The position numbers and the translations under genes were made by a program. Below, piece after piece: positions 51,540 to 62,406 of a DNA stretch of 64,000 nucleotides. Every line of letters begins with the position of its first letter. The first letter of the stretch is position 1. A model generated the notes under the pieces. It was given only the letters and a program-made list of their open reading frames with translations. It was not told where the DNA came from and ran no database searches. Source of the DNA: Phoronis australis. Its lineage: Eukaryota > Animalia > Phoronida. The DNA lies in assembly GCA_002633005.1 (NCBI GenBank), contig NMRA01000090.1, positions 236,752 through 300,751 on the forward strand, in the 5' to 3' direction.

Positions 51540-52262
51540 CTATTTCTATAAATGTATTTGTATTGAAGGCCTCTGGCCCAAAGTACAATAAACAAAACAA
51601 TTAATCAGGCACAATTGCACAAGCAGTCAACCCATTTAAGAGTTGTTCTCGTCTTTTAAGGGCAAAATACACATATTTAACAGCAGATATATCTGGATTA
51701 GCGAGCAGGCGCATACAGGATTCTTGAGTTGGATGCCTCCATTGAAATTCCTTCATAAAACGTGACCTAAGTTCACAATATCCCTTGCAAACCAACAGGA
51801 AATGGTATTCATCCTCTACAAGACCATCATTGCAAGCCATACATAATGTATTGTAATATTCCACTTTCTGCTGTCTACCCACTTCCACTTGTAGTCTGTG
51901 GTTGGAGCAACGTAAACGAGTAAACGGTTGAATAAGACTATTGTGTAGCGGTAACTTAAGATATGGTTCAAAACAGTACAGAGTCTTAAAGTTAGAGTAG
52001 AATTTAAGTTTTGCATTATGCTCAATTTCTGATCGCCAACCTTGCTCATAACAGTCATTAACTCTTTGCGCGAAGAAACTTAAAAACGAGACTTCGCACG
52101 TGACACCTTGATTCAACCAAATTTGATAAAAACCGTATTTTGATAGCAATTGTCTAACAGAAGATACCCAAGTATTTCTTCCATTCCTATCTAAATCAAC
52201 TAACATGTCATAAGCCGCTTTAGCGTATCTAGTAAGTGTCCTATTCGATTCATATGATTCAA
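51540..52262 (-). mobile_element. Younger 3' fragment of another RTE-X-like LINE
   Basis: Open frame with WVSSVRQLLSKYGFYQIWLNQGV...RLRCSNHRLQVEVGR...LCMAC...VEDEYHFLLVC, then a stop at 51601 and a short 3' UTR. Confidence 0.9.
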
Positions 52263-52980
52263 GGTTTGCAATAGGATTTGCCAGTAAACTTGTGATTTCA
52301 CATTTCACTGTATTCACTAGTTGTTACAAAGTATAATGACTCTTGGGCAACTCAAATAATAATTTGTTACCATTCTTAGAATTTGATGGCGGTACCTCAG
52401 CACACGCTGCTCCTATATCTATTTGGCCGTATGTCCAACGAGGCTGAAAAAGGCTTGTTCTTTCACAACGCCAAAGGCTAGAATTAGCTAAGAAAACATT
52501 TTCTGACGGTTCAAGCAAAAGTCTAGACTCTCTGTAGCAGAGCAGATGAAAGGAAGCGAAGACTTGCAAAAAAGTTTTGGTCCGCTGACTACAAAGCTGG
52601 TGAATCGAACCAAACATCAGACGTATGTACAGTTGCGGATTATTGAAAAGGTGTTATTAAACATAATATTGGAGGCGGGATCTCATCTCTTCACTCGGAA
52701 CTCGATTCGGAAATTGATTAGTCGCATGTTACGAGTACAATTGTACTCGAATCATGCAGCGCGGTTGTTGATTTTCTTGGCTGGGTCAGTTTGAGTTTTT
52801 GGATTAGATCCTAAACTCTGGTGTTCACGTGTTTTTCACATCCATCCTGTAATAGCACAAACAGTTACCAAAATCCTCGTGCACCTCAGCTTTGTGGACA
52901 TTTGAATAATTCTTGCAAAAGATTATTTCAACTCTGCAGGAAACTTCTGTGATCATATGATAAACACTGTTTCTTTGCAG

Positions 52981-53166
52981 GCGCAGCAGCAGGAACCACG
53001 CCTATAACCACGCCTATAACCACGCCTCTTACTTCAACATCACCAATCACATCTAGTTGCGAGGACAAAATTGACAACTGCGCTGCTTATGGATCATATG
53101 CTTGCCAAGGAGATTACAAGCCATGGGCTACAGTGAATTGTAACAAATATTGTGGTTTTTGCACAG
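52981..53166 (+). CDS. Multi-ShKT protein exon 7: Thr/Pro linker plus ShKT domain 6
   Basis: ttgcag|GC...G|gtacat, phase 1-1; AAAGTTPITTPITTPLTSTSPITSSCEDKIDNCAAYGSYACQGDYKPWATVNCNKYCGFCT. Confidence 0.9.
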
Positions 53167-55266
53167 GTACATATGTACTTTCGTTTCACATTTTATGTTT
53201 AAACATCGTATCACTAGACAAGTGTAATGTGTGGAACACTCGCACCACAAGCACCTTGCCGTACCAGAAAGCCATACAAGAAATGTCGAATTTGTATTAT
53301 GTCATAAATTGACATGCATTTCCGAAAAACAATTGGCATCTTAAATCACGGTACCCCTTCAACTAACATTGCCGGTTAAGCCAAGAGGTTTAGCATTTTG
53401 TAGCGATACTAAAACGTCAAAATAAATTACACATCGAGAACATTTGATAAGAGATTCAGTAAATCCACTGATTTCCACGTGGGCCCAGTCCATATGTATA
53501 TTTTTCATTACCTAGCTCTTCAGCACGCCGATACGCACGCGCTACGCATGCTCAACGTGAATTCGTGGACTCCTGCATAGCGGAGTTGCGGCCGCGCCAT
53601 GTTGAAAAATGGGATAGACTTCGGCGTTGTGTGTCTGAACGTATCAAACGGCAAACAAGCAGGCCGCCAAGTAGGAACTTGTGGAGTTGGATGGCCACAA
53701 AACATTTTCTGAGCCCGCGAGCTTGGACTATGGATCTGACTACGGACATACACGAAATGTGGCTGAGAGAGTGTGACCCCGTGGTGACATGACTGTGGTC
53801 AGCAAATGACGTTTTGGAACGAACAATTTTTGTGCGGACTTAATTTAGGCTTGGAAACGGCCACGCTGTGGGTAGAATGAGGTCCACTGCCACATTCTCA
53901 GTTATTTTCTTGGGTGGGTATTCGTTTCAGTCGGGTACTCAGCTATCCGAAACCCCTAACTCCATGAAATTGAGTAACCATTTAACTAAGTCACGATTAA
54001 GAATCAAAAGGTTTAATGCGACATTCCTTCAACGACGATCCTGTGGGCCACTTTTGGAGCCAACATTTCACGCAAACGCAAATACGCTTCGCACAACAGT
54101 CTTTTGGTCAGTACGTGTAACAGCATCTTTATTTTCCATTGTGCTGTAACAGTGTACTTGCTGGTCACAATTATTCGTGACGCATCGTGTTTCGGTAGTA
54201 TCTCGCTACCTACGTTACTGTTTGCTGGCTACAGTCTTTCGTAACGAAACACAAATTAATAGCTCCTCAGTACCTAGCTACGATGGCCTGCAGTGGACAC
54301 AGTCCTTCGAGACGCTAAAACCATGTCTATAGTTCTTCACTACGAACACCTACAGTCAACCAACTTACTTTGCCTTAAGATATCTTTTCCAGAATCCCCT
54401 ACAAAATGGTCACTTTTTTACTTTATTTCGTTATACCGAAAAAAAGCCCTGCTAGCTTTACTACCAAATTATCTGCTGGCGGCCAAATTATAACAATGGG
54501 AATACTCATAAGCTCATGTACCGTTGTCACGATCAGGGTTAAAAAGTAAATAAACTGTCATTCTTTATTTGAAGCCAAAATTAAAATGATCTCTAGTGAT
54601 AGAAACTTAATTATTCCATAAACAGATTATATAATTAACATTTATTTTCATAGTTATATGTTATGCATTGTAAATATTTAAATAAGGTCTTTAACTTGTC
54701 GCAGTAGCCAGAGAATGGCTCTTTATTTTTGCAAAATGGTTTTTGAGATTAATTGCCTGGAGCTCTTAAGAAAATTTAAAAAATGTTCTCGTTAAGTTTT
54801 AAATCTTAGAAAGTGGAAAACTTTTCACCTGAATGATATAACAATTACAGATATGCGGTGCAGTTTTAATGGGACGACTGAACATTTAGAAAGCTTTGGG
54901 TGTATTTGGATGACAAAAAATAAAAATTATGTTGTAAATAATGATCGTAATTTCAAAAATCTGCTGAAAACATCGGGTGCTTGCAATGAAAACGTAAAAA
55001 CAAAGCTAACTGGAGGAAAACGTGAAAACATAAGAATATGTATGTGCACTTTGCGCTCTAATGTGGACTCCAAATTGACCAATTCCATGCCACCCTTCCA
55101 GTGAACTTACACATCTGATCTAGAATTATGCACCAGGAATGATGATTTTCTTGTCCTAACAGACCCTCGATCCAAGACCCTGGTGATTACGTGTTTTTCT
55201 CTTCACTACTTGCACACCTTGGTGGTGCTTCAAAAATGATTGTTGTGCATTGTTGTTTAGGACACA

Positions 55267-55700
55267 TTGCATTGTAAAAAACGTTCTATCCAATACGTAG
55301 GACAAACTCAACATAATCTACATAATCGGTTTCGTAATCATAGATTTAACATAATACATAAAAACATTTCTGATACTATAGGTAATCATTTCAATTCCAA
55401 AAACCATAATATTCAAGATCTTTCTGTACAAATAATAGCAAAACTCCAACACCCCAGTACCCCTCACAGACTCAAAAGAGAACAATATTGGATAGACAAG
55501 CTCAATACAATAGAACCTCATTGATTGAACATGAAAACTTCTTAAAATATGTCATTCAATTTTTTACGCAAAAATGTATCATATTCATTACACCATATAT
55601 TGTATGTCAATAGTCACATAGTGTTTGATTTGATTTTACTTTATTTCTGTTTCTGTTCCTGTTGACAAAGGAAGTTATTACATCCGAAAATTTCAAATTT
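55267..55700 (+). mobile_element. Penelope-like element 3' fragment (GIY-YIG endonuclease plus 3' UTR)
   Basis: CKK..IQYVGQTQHNLHNRFRNHRFNI...IGNHFNSKNH...RLKREQYWIDKLNTIEPH*LN, then a hammerhead-like motif at ~55662-55690. Confidence 0.85.
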
Positions 55701-56045
55701 CAGTTGATCCATTCTTGTTGTTTTATTTACCGATTTATATTCTACATTTCGTGAAACAACAGTATCCTTGGGAGGATCTGGATCGCCTTATTTAGTTTCA
55801 GATTTATTTTCTACGTTTTTTAACAACGCAAACGTGAAAGAGCGCGTGTTCCAAACATGCAGAAACATTGTAATTTGAACACAACACCTCGTTTTCAAGC
55901 GAGTAGTACAAGTAGTGAATAGAATCATGTTAAGGCACAGATGTAACTATTCGTCTCATCTTTGTATTTGAATAGTTCACGCGAGCAAACATTTTAACAC
56001 TTCAAGAAACTTGTTTGAGTTCATGATCGACACTCTTCTTTACAG

Positions 56046-56219
56046 ACACTGCAGTAGGAACCACGCCTACAACCACGCCTCTTACTATCACTTCACCAAT
56101 CATATCTAGTTGTAAGGACAAAATTGACAACTGTGCTGCTTATGGATCATATGCCTGTCAAGGAGATTACAAGCCATGGGCTACAGTGAATTGCAACAAA
56201 TATTGTGGTTTTTGCACAG
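56046..56219 (+). CDS. Multi-ShKT protein exon 8: Thr/Pro linker plus ShKT domain 7
   Basis: ttacag|AC...G|gtatat, phase 1-1; TAVGTTPTTTPLTITSPIISSCKDKIDNCAAYGSYACQGDYKPWATVNCNKYCGFCT. Confidence 0.9.
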
Positions 56220-56914
56220 GTATATATACATGTTCTCTCGTACCGTTTGCTACGTGTGGATGTCTCGGGCTACAAGCCCCTTTCCACACCATTTGGGGTC
56301 CATGTCTATAGTCCTAAGGTTTCATGGTGCGATTGTTCTATAATCCGAAGGTTTGGTAGTCAGAAAGCTCGATAGTTGGACAATAACACTTGATGTCTTT
56401 ATAGTGCGAAGCCTCTGTAGTTCAAGGTTCTATAGAAACTTCGGATTATATAACCTTCGGACCATAGAGCCTTCGAACTATAGAAACCTCTGCGTTTTAT
56501 GATTTTCGGACAATCGAACGAATGGACTTTCAAACTTTAGGACATAAGAACCTTTTTGCGTTTCCTTACCTTTACCTCGAACATTTGAAGCATAGAGACG
56601 TACCCCACTAATGAGTCACACAACAGAGGTTCAGTTTGTGTTACCCAATATATTAACAGTGTAAATGAAAAACAATGGACGTCTTGAGTCATCGTACACC
56701 TTGGACCAATCCTGTTGTAATTAAACCAATTTCTTCGACATTTACTCAGCACCCTCTAAATGCACACTGACATTGCATTATAATTTGTTAAAACTCATTC
56801 CCACATTACTTTTGATTTCATGTTTTAGACCCAAGTCAAAATTGTCTCAGTGGTGGAGTTATAGCAATTGAATAGTTATCAAATCACCTTTTATCGAAAT
56901 ATATTTACTTTCAG

Positions 56915-56944
56915 TTCAACCTACCTCTCAGGCGACCTCGAGCG
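56915..56944 (+). CDS. Multi-ShKT protein 30-nt linker micro-exon
   Basis: tttactttcag|TT...G|gtgagt, strong splice sites, phase 1-1; (V)QPTSQATSS. Confidence 0.7.
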
Positions 56945-57059
56945 GTGAGTTGTATACAAGTTTGTGCGCTTTTCCAATATCTAACATAGTTGATTAGTTC
57001 GATCTATTCAAATAACTAGCATCATCATTGAATATGCATTGTTCAAAGTATATACTTAA

Positions 57060-57826
57060 AGAGGCATGGAACGCGAAAGATCGTCAAAAATATCTTTTAA
57101 ACTATTCCTGACAAAAGTACCATCTTGCAACGTCTACTACAGTTATTCACTTCTCCTGTGAGGGAATTCTAGTACAGAAAAAATATAAAAATTCACGATT
57201 TTTGAAATACGCGCTACGGGAAAACTATGTAGTCACCACAGGGTTTCTAATCTTCCTTTTAATTATTATTAATGCGCGCATGCGCTCACAGTCATTTGAC
57301 GAAATGCAGACTGACAAGATGGATATTAACGACAGATTATCATGTGTGCTCGCACTCCGAATCTGAAGTCGATAGTACCGCATGAGCAACAGATTTCCTA
57401 GAAATAATTCCAAGTGGATTTTACAATATATTTGAATACTACTTTACCTTTATAACCAATTTTAAACAGTTACGACTTACATCAATTGCCTATTTATCGG
57501 ACTGGCTACTGCTTGAAGTCGCCATTGTTTTGTTCATATCAAAGGCAAAGGTTACATTTTCCATACGTCTATGTCTTGCATACCAAATACGGAGACGTGC
57601 TTTGCTTTGTGGGAGAAAATCGACGAAGTGGCAAACACTTGACAGATCGCTTTTTTGAAATTTAAAACTAAAAGACAAATGCTTTGCCACCAACAGAAAT
57701 TCATTTTTTTTGTGTACGAACAAAGTGTAAAAATACATGGTGAACTAGTTCAGTTCCGTTCAGTGGCAGAGAACCACTTTGAGCAGTATAATACAATTTA
57801 GTCTGTTTTTCGCGTTCCAGGCCTTT
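57060..57826. mobile_element. Kolobok-like non-autonomous element (related copy 62021-62860)
   Basis: ttaa|agaggcatggaacgcgaaa ... tttcgcgttccaggccttt; second copy agaggcacggaacgcgaaaa ... cacgttccaaacccct|ttaa. Confidence 0.6.
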
Positions 57827-57929
57827 TTATATCATCATTGAATCCACAAAGTCTTGCATCATCGAATATGCTATGTGCGAAGTAACTAGTACAATAATTG
57901 AATCTGTGGTGCTCAAGAAGCTAATATCT

Positions 57930-58400
57930 TTATTTTATCTCATCGGAGAAGTAGTTCTCAATCTTGAGTTCGCAAAAAATGCTAACTTGTGAAGTAATGG
58001 GCTAAAATTGTTTTCGGTTCTACATGTATACCAAGCCCAAGAGTTCATCTGCAGTAAATAATTATGTGGTGTCCGTTGTTGTTTTTCACGTATAGTTGCA
58101 TTGGTGCCGTTACTGTATTTTGATGCATTCTGCGCGCTAGCCAATGATGTCAATTTTGGGTTCATGTCTCTCAATGGGTCCAGTAACTGTTGAAAATCGT
58201 TGCGCTTACCATCCCAATTGAAGATAACCTGAACATCCAGTCTTCTAAATACTGAAGCCTTACCCAGTGTAGTTTATCTCTCTCAGTCGGTTCATCAGTA
58301 TTCACTCAGTAACTTTTGAAAATTTGTTGCACTTACCATCCTAAACAAAGATAACCACAACATCCAGACTTCCAGATGCTGAAGCCTTACTCAATGTATT
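57930..58400 (-). mobile_element. Probable further fragment of the same copia-like element, with a ~125-bp internal direct duplication
   Basis: Weak similarity (ASKYSN, RLRTTSP resembling RTDSPT); 58181-58280 is repeated at 58307-58405. Confidence 0.35.
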
Positions 58401-59789
58401 TATTAGCTAGAGACCGTAACGCAGAGTTGCAAAGATCACAGTGACTGGTAGCACCATTGTGCCTGTTCAATGCTACGTAACACATGACATCCAGACAGCC
58501 CTTTTGATACGTCTAGTAAAATAGTTAAAGCTTCTGTCAAAAATTGTGGTCCCCGACCATTTTGCGTAAATGTTTTCTGTTGTAATGAATGGTCGGTAAT
58601 CGAAGGTTTGGGGGCCTTAGTCGGGGATTTCATTTTTTCTCAAGATCTACGTGGCAAGTAACTCATTGCTCCTTTAAATTCGGCACGGAAATAATACGGG
58701 AAGTAGAAACAATTCATATTGGTAAGGAAAACAAGCCGAAATAAAAACAACAACAAAAAAAAAACACTGAGCATTACAACGGCAATAATATGTTTGTTTT
58801 GTATAACGTTGAAAATGTTAGTATTTTCCCAATAAATTACAAGAATAGTGTTTCTTTTTGAGATAGTTATTATAAAAGAATTATTGACAAGGTTATTTAT
58901 GCATAGCTTCGTTTTTGCGCCGTCAGGTGAACGCAGGCACTTGCGAAATGCACTCGTTCGAAATATTATAGTACAGGGTAAAATGCGTGCACATAATTGT
59001 TTATGTGTTATTGTTTGTAATGTCGGCCAGTGCTGTGAAATCGGCCATTACTGTGTCTGGGACACCAGTATAAAAGAGAGTAATATGAGCGTCCCCATTC
59101 ACCAAAACTGAGCGGCCACGATTTCCGGATTCACGCGTGCATTATAAACAGACGATTTCACCACTCCTAAAAACAAGTGCATGAACTCGCAAGACTTGTA
59201 CCCGATTCCACCTGGCGGCACACTTATACATTTTACTCGTATGACCAATGCATTATACACGTTCTCAAAAGAACACGTCCGCATTTAGAAGGAGTTCTTC
59301 ATATAAAATTCGCTGAGCTGATCAGGCTGCCAGGACTAAGGTTTTGTCATGATCGTGTATAACGCATGAATGTGCTCCAAATGCATATAATGGTAATTTG
59401 ATTAGTTTAAAAAGAGACCCTCACGGAAGCAAAATTTATGAAATACTTGATATAGTTTTCTCCATGACCATTTTCTGCACCGGCATCGCCATCAAGGTAC
59501 TAGACATGAGATCGTCGAAAACAATGCAATTCGGTACATTGAACATAACATTAAAACTATTGGTTTATCTACTTACAACTTTTGTTTCGTAGATTTATTC
59601 ATTAACGCTCGTAGACAATATGACTAGCAATAAACTGTTAATGCACAATTACCATCAAAATGAGGACTCGCGCTATAATAGACAACGTTTTTTACTCACG
59701 TTAACGATCAAACATGGCTGAGTGACCCTTTTCCGCGTAGTGGCTTACACAAAAACAACCTTTCTGTCCTGAAATAAAATTCTATATGG

Positions 59790-60430
59790 GCCTAGCTATC
59801 GATCCCAATCCTCTCGTTTGTAGTACATGCTCAAAAAACCTGTTTAGATGGTTGAACCTTATTCTGCAATGCCCGCCACATTTTCGCATCAGCCTCGACG
59901 CAATAAATGCTCTCCTTGAAGCTTACAACGCATTGAGGTGTCTAGCAAGTGTCTCGCTGGTATTCAAACCTTCCAAAGCCGGCAAACCATCTGACAGAAT
60001 GTTTGGAAGATTGGGATGTCTACCGATTACGATTTGATAGATACTGTAGCCATTCAACGTTTGAAGGCAATTACAAGTTTCTCTGCGGAGGGAAGGGCAA
60101 ACTGCCTGTGTAATTTGAATAACGATTTACCGGCACTCATCTGGCGACAAATCAACAAGTTTCAAAACAAAAACTTCAGCTGAACCATTTTCTAGGTCCA
60201 GTTGACCTTGGTAGTTTTCATAGCCTGCTTTGACGTGAAGCAGAGGTATCTTTGAATCAACCACATCTGTCTTAACAGTAACATCTTCCCCAACCAACAC
60301 AGCAGGGATCTCTAGGCTAGCAACCGAGGGAAGACTATGGCCGCTACCAAACTTAAACACAATGTATAGCCTTCAATCAACGATAACGACTGCACTGTCA
60401 AAGGCTGCAATTATGATACTCTCAAAAAAT
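59790..60430 (-). mobile_element. Degenerate Ty1/copia-like LTR retrotransposon remnant (protease and integrase pieces)
   Basis: AAFDSA...FKFGSGHSLPS...IPAVLVGEDVTVKTDVVDSKIPLL (protease region), QFALPSAEKL, RHPNLPNILSDGLPALEG...LARHLNAL*ASRRAFI (post-integrase), motifs I recall from marine-invertebrate copia-like elements. Confidence 0.65.
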
Positions 60431-60569
60431 CAAAATTGCCACATTCCAGTTATAAAGTCAGTGTATGTGATTCTAGAGAATGACCAGGACGCTCGCAGCA
60501 ACGATTTAATTTGATTATTATCAAATCAAATTAGAAAGTCTCTGTAAATTTATATTGGTTTGTTCACAG

Positions 60570-60686
60570 TTGCTGCTTGTGAGGATAGAATTGACAACTG
60601 TTCAGATTATGGACGAAGCGCCTGTGAGGGAGCGTACATATCGTGGGCAAGACAAAACTGTAACAAGTACTGCGGGTTTTGTACAG
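60570..60686 (+). CDS. Multi-ShKT protein exon: ShKT domain 8
   Basis: ttcacag|TT...G|gtaacc, phase 1-1; AACEDRIDNCSDYGRSACEGAYISWARQNCNKYCGFCT. Confidence 0.9.
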
Positions 60687-61455
60687 GTAACCGTTGCATC
60701 CTCTGCGGGTGTGACTTATGTGTTATTTGCCAACTACTTCGTTGTTAAGAACATATTATACTCTGCTTTAGTCCGTTACGATGAATTACACGATCAGATT
60801 TGATTTTAAAGCATAGCGATACTCTAACATTCTTCAATGTGCAATGCAGAGAACTCCATGAAAAGATATATAATTTAAAGCGTTCCCACATTGGATTTCT
60901 GCATTTTTTGAGGTTTTAGACTCTGTATAATAATTGAATTTTAAAGAAACATTAATGACTTTTGATTTCCCACCAAATGATGTCATCAGTGCAAGACATA
61001 CACGCACCTTTCCATAATACTCGTCTCAGGAATCATTCAACTGTTTTCCAAGATCACTCCGGATCACGGCTGCTGTAGAACAGAACGATGACGTAGACCG
61101 GACTTCCGCTGATGACGAATATTGTGTTTATTTCTTGAAGAAATGCTTAAAATACCACGCCAGAATTCAAGCATTTATGACCATGACGTGAGCAGTTTAA
61201 CAATGTTTGTGCTGAGATAATTGGAGGATACGGCTGAACGCACGTACTCAGTTGGAACATCCGGTCCGTGCGTCAGTTTGGTGTTGTGAGCGTCTTTAAT
61301 CCGTAAAAGATGCTCTCGTTTTCTTGTTTCGCTTGTTCTATTGTACAATTCCTGTTGGGCGAGGTTATTGTTATAAACGGCCTGGAATGTCTATCGCGAA
61401 ATGTCTGTATCGTAGGCTTTCCTCACCAAGTAACAAAGTGTGTTCTTTCTTTCAG

Positions 61456-61485
61456 TTGTCACTACATCGCCTAAACCGTTGCCAG
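61456..61485 (+). CDS. Multi-ShKT protein 30-nt linker micro-exon; gene apparently continues beyond the window
   Basis: ttctttctttcag|TT...G|gtgaga, phase 1-1; (V)VTTSPKPLP. Confidence 0.72.
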
Positions 61486-62289
61486 GTGAGATTCCATTGA
61501 CTTACAGCAGTTTTTATAAGCCAGAACAACACTGTCACTGAGAGATCTATTGTGTTGTCAACTCTAAAAATTTCCATTACACGCTAAGCAACTTTACACT
61601 GTAACATCGATCAGATCGTTTTCAGGTTAGTAATTTACCCCTCTCAGATGTAAACACGTGTAACTCTAAATGCATCCTAAGTTCAATAATTATTATTTTA
61701 AGGCTGCGCATTGAGTTAGTCAAGCGATGTAAACTGGATTGTAATTGTAGTGCACTTTACTACTTAGATTGTCCCTACCTCGTGAATTGGATTCCATCCG
61801 CTTTACTGCTTATGAAATGCCGCAATCCTTACAAGAACACTACATAGGTGTCTGAATGCTAGGGGGGAGGGGGGAACGTAAGCGTGGTATTCGTGTCATA
61901 GCGGAAGAAAAAAAAAATAAATTACTGCAGCCTGTTGATTCAACAAACGTGACTTGAAAATTAAGAATATTATGAGGCTCTATGAAACTGACCACCTCAG
62001 AACCACAACACTCACTTCAGAGAGGCACGGAACGCGAAAACCGATAACAATACAATCTAAACAAATTGAAATAAAGTACCTCTTCGTAACGTTTTAAAGA
62101 GTTATTCGTTCGACCTGTAATTCATTTTGTCTGAAATTAGTGAGAATTAACCTTGTAATATTTATAATGCCATTTATAAAAAAATAATTGCATGCAGTCT
62201 AGTACACATTGTACCAAACGTGTGCAGGCCGCGCACGTGGGCCCACTGCACCGATCACCTGGAATCATTTCTGTTGCTGTATTAATATG

Positions 62290-62406
62290 TAGTTAAAACC
62301 GAGCTGAGGAGCTAGAAACCTGACTCAAGGGTTTAGCAGTGTGACCCAGTGGGACTCAAACCCACGACCTCAAGTATAGAAAGCAGGCATCTATCACACT
62401 GCATCC
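62290..62406 (-). mobile_element. tRNA-derived SINE head nested in a Kolobok-like element
   Basis: Reverse complement gggatgcagtgtgatag...gaggtcgtgggtttgagtcccactgggtcac. Confidence 0.55.

Noticed and set aside
52324-52794. Two short opposing ORFs next to the LINE fragment
   Set aside because: No recognisable motifs or consistent splice signals; origin could not be assigned
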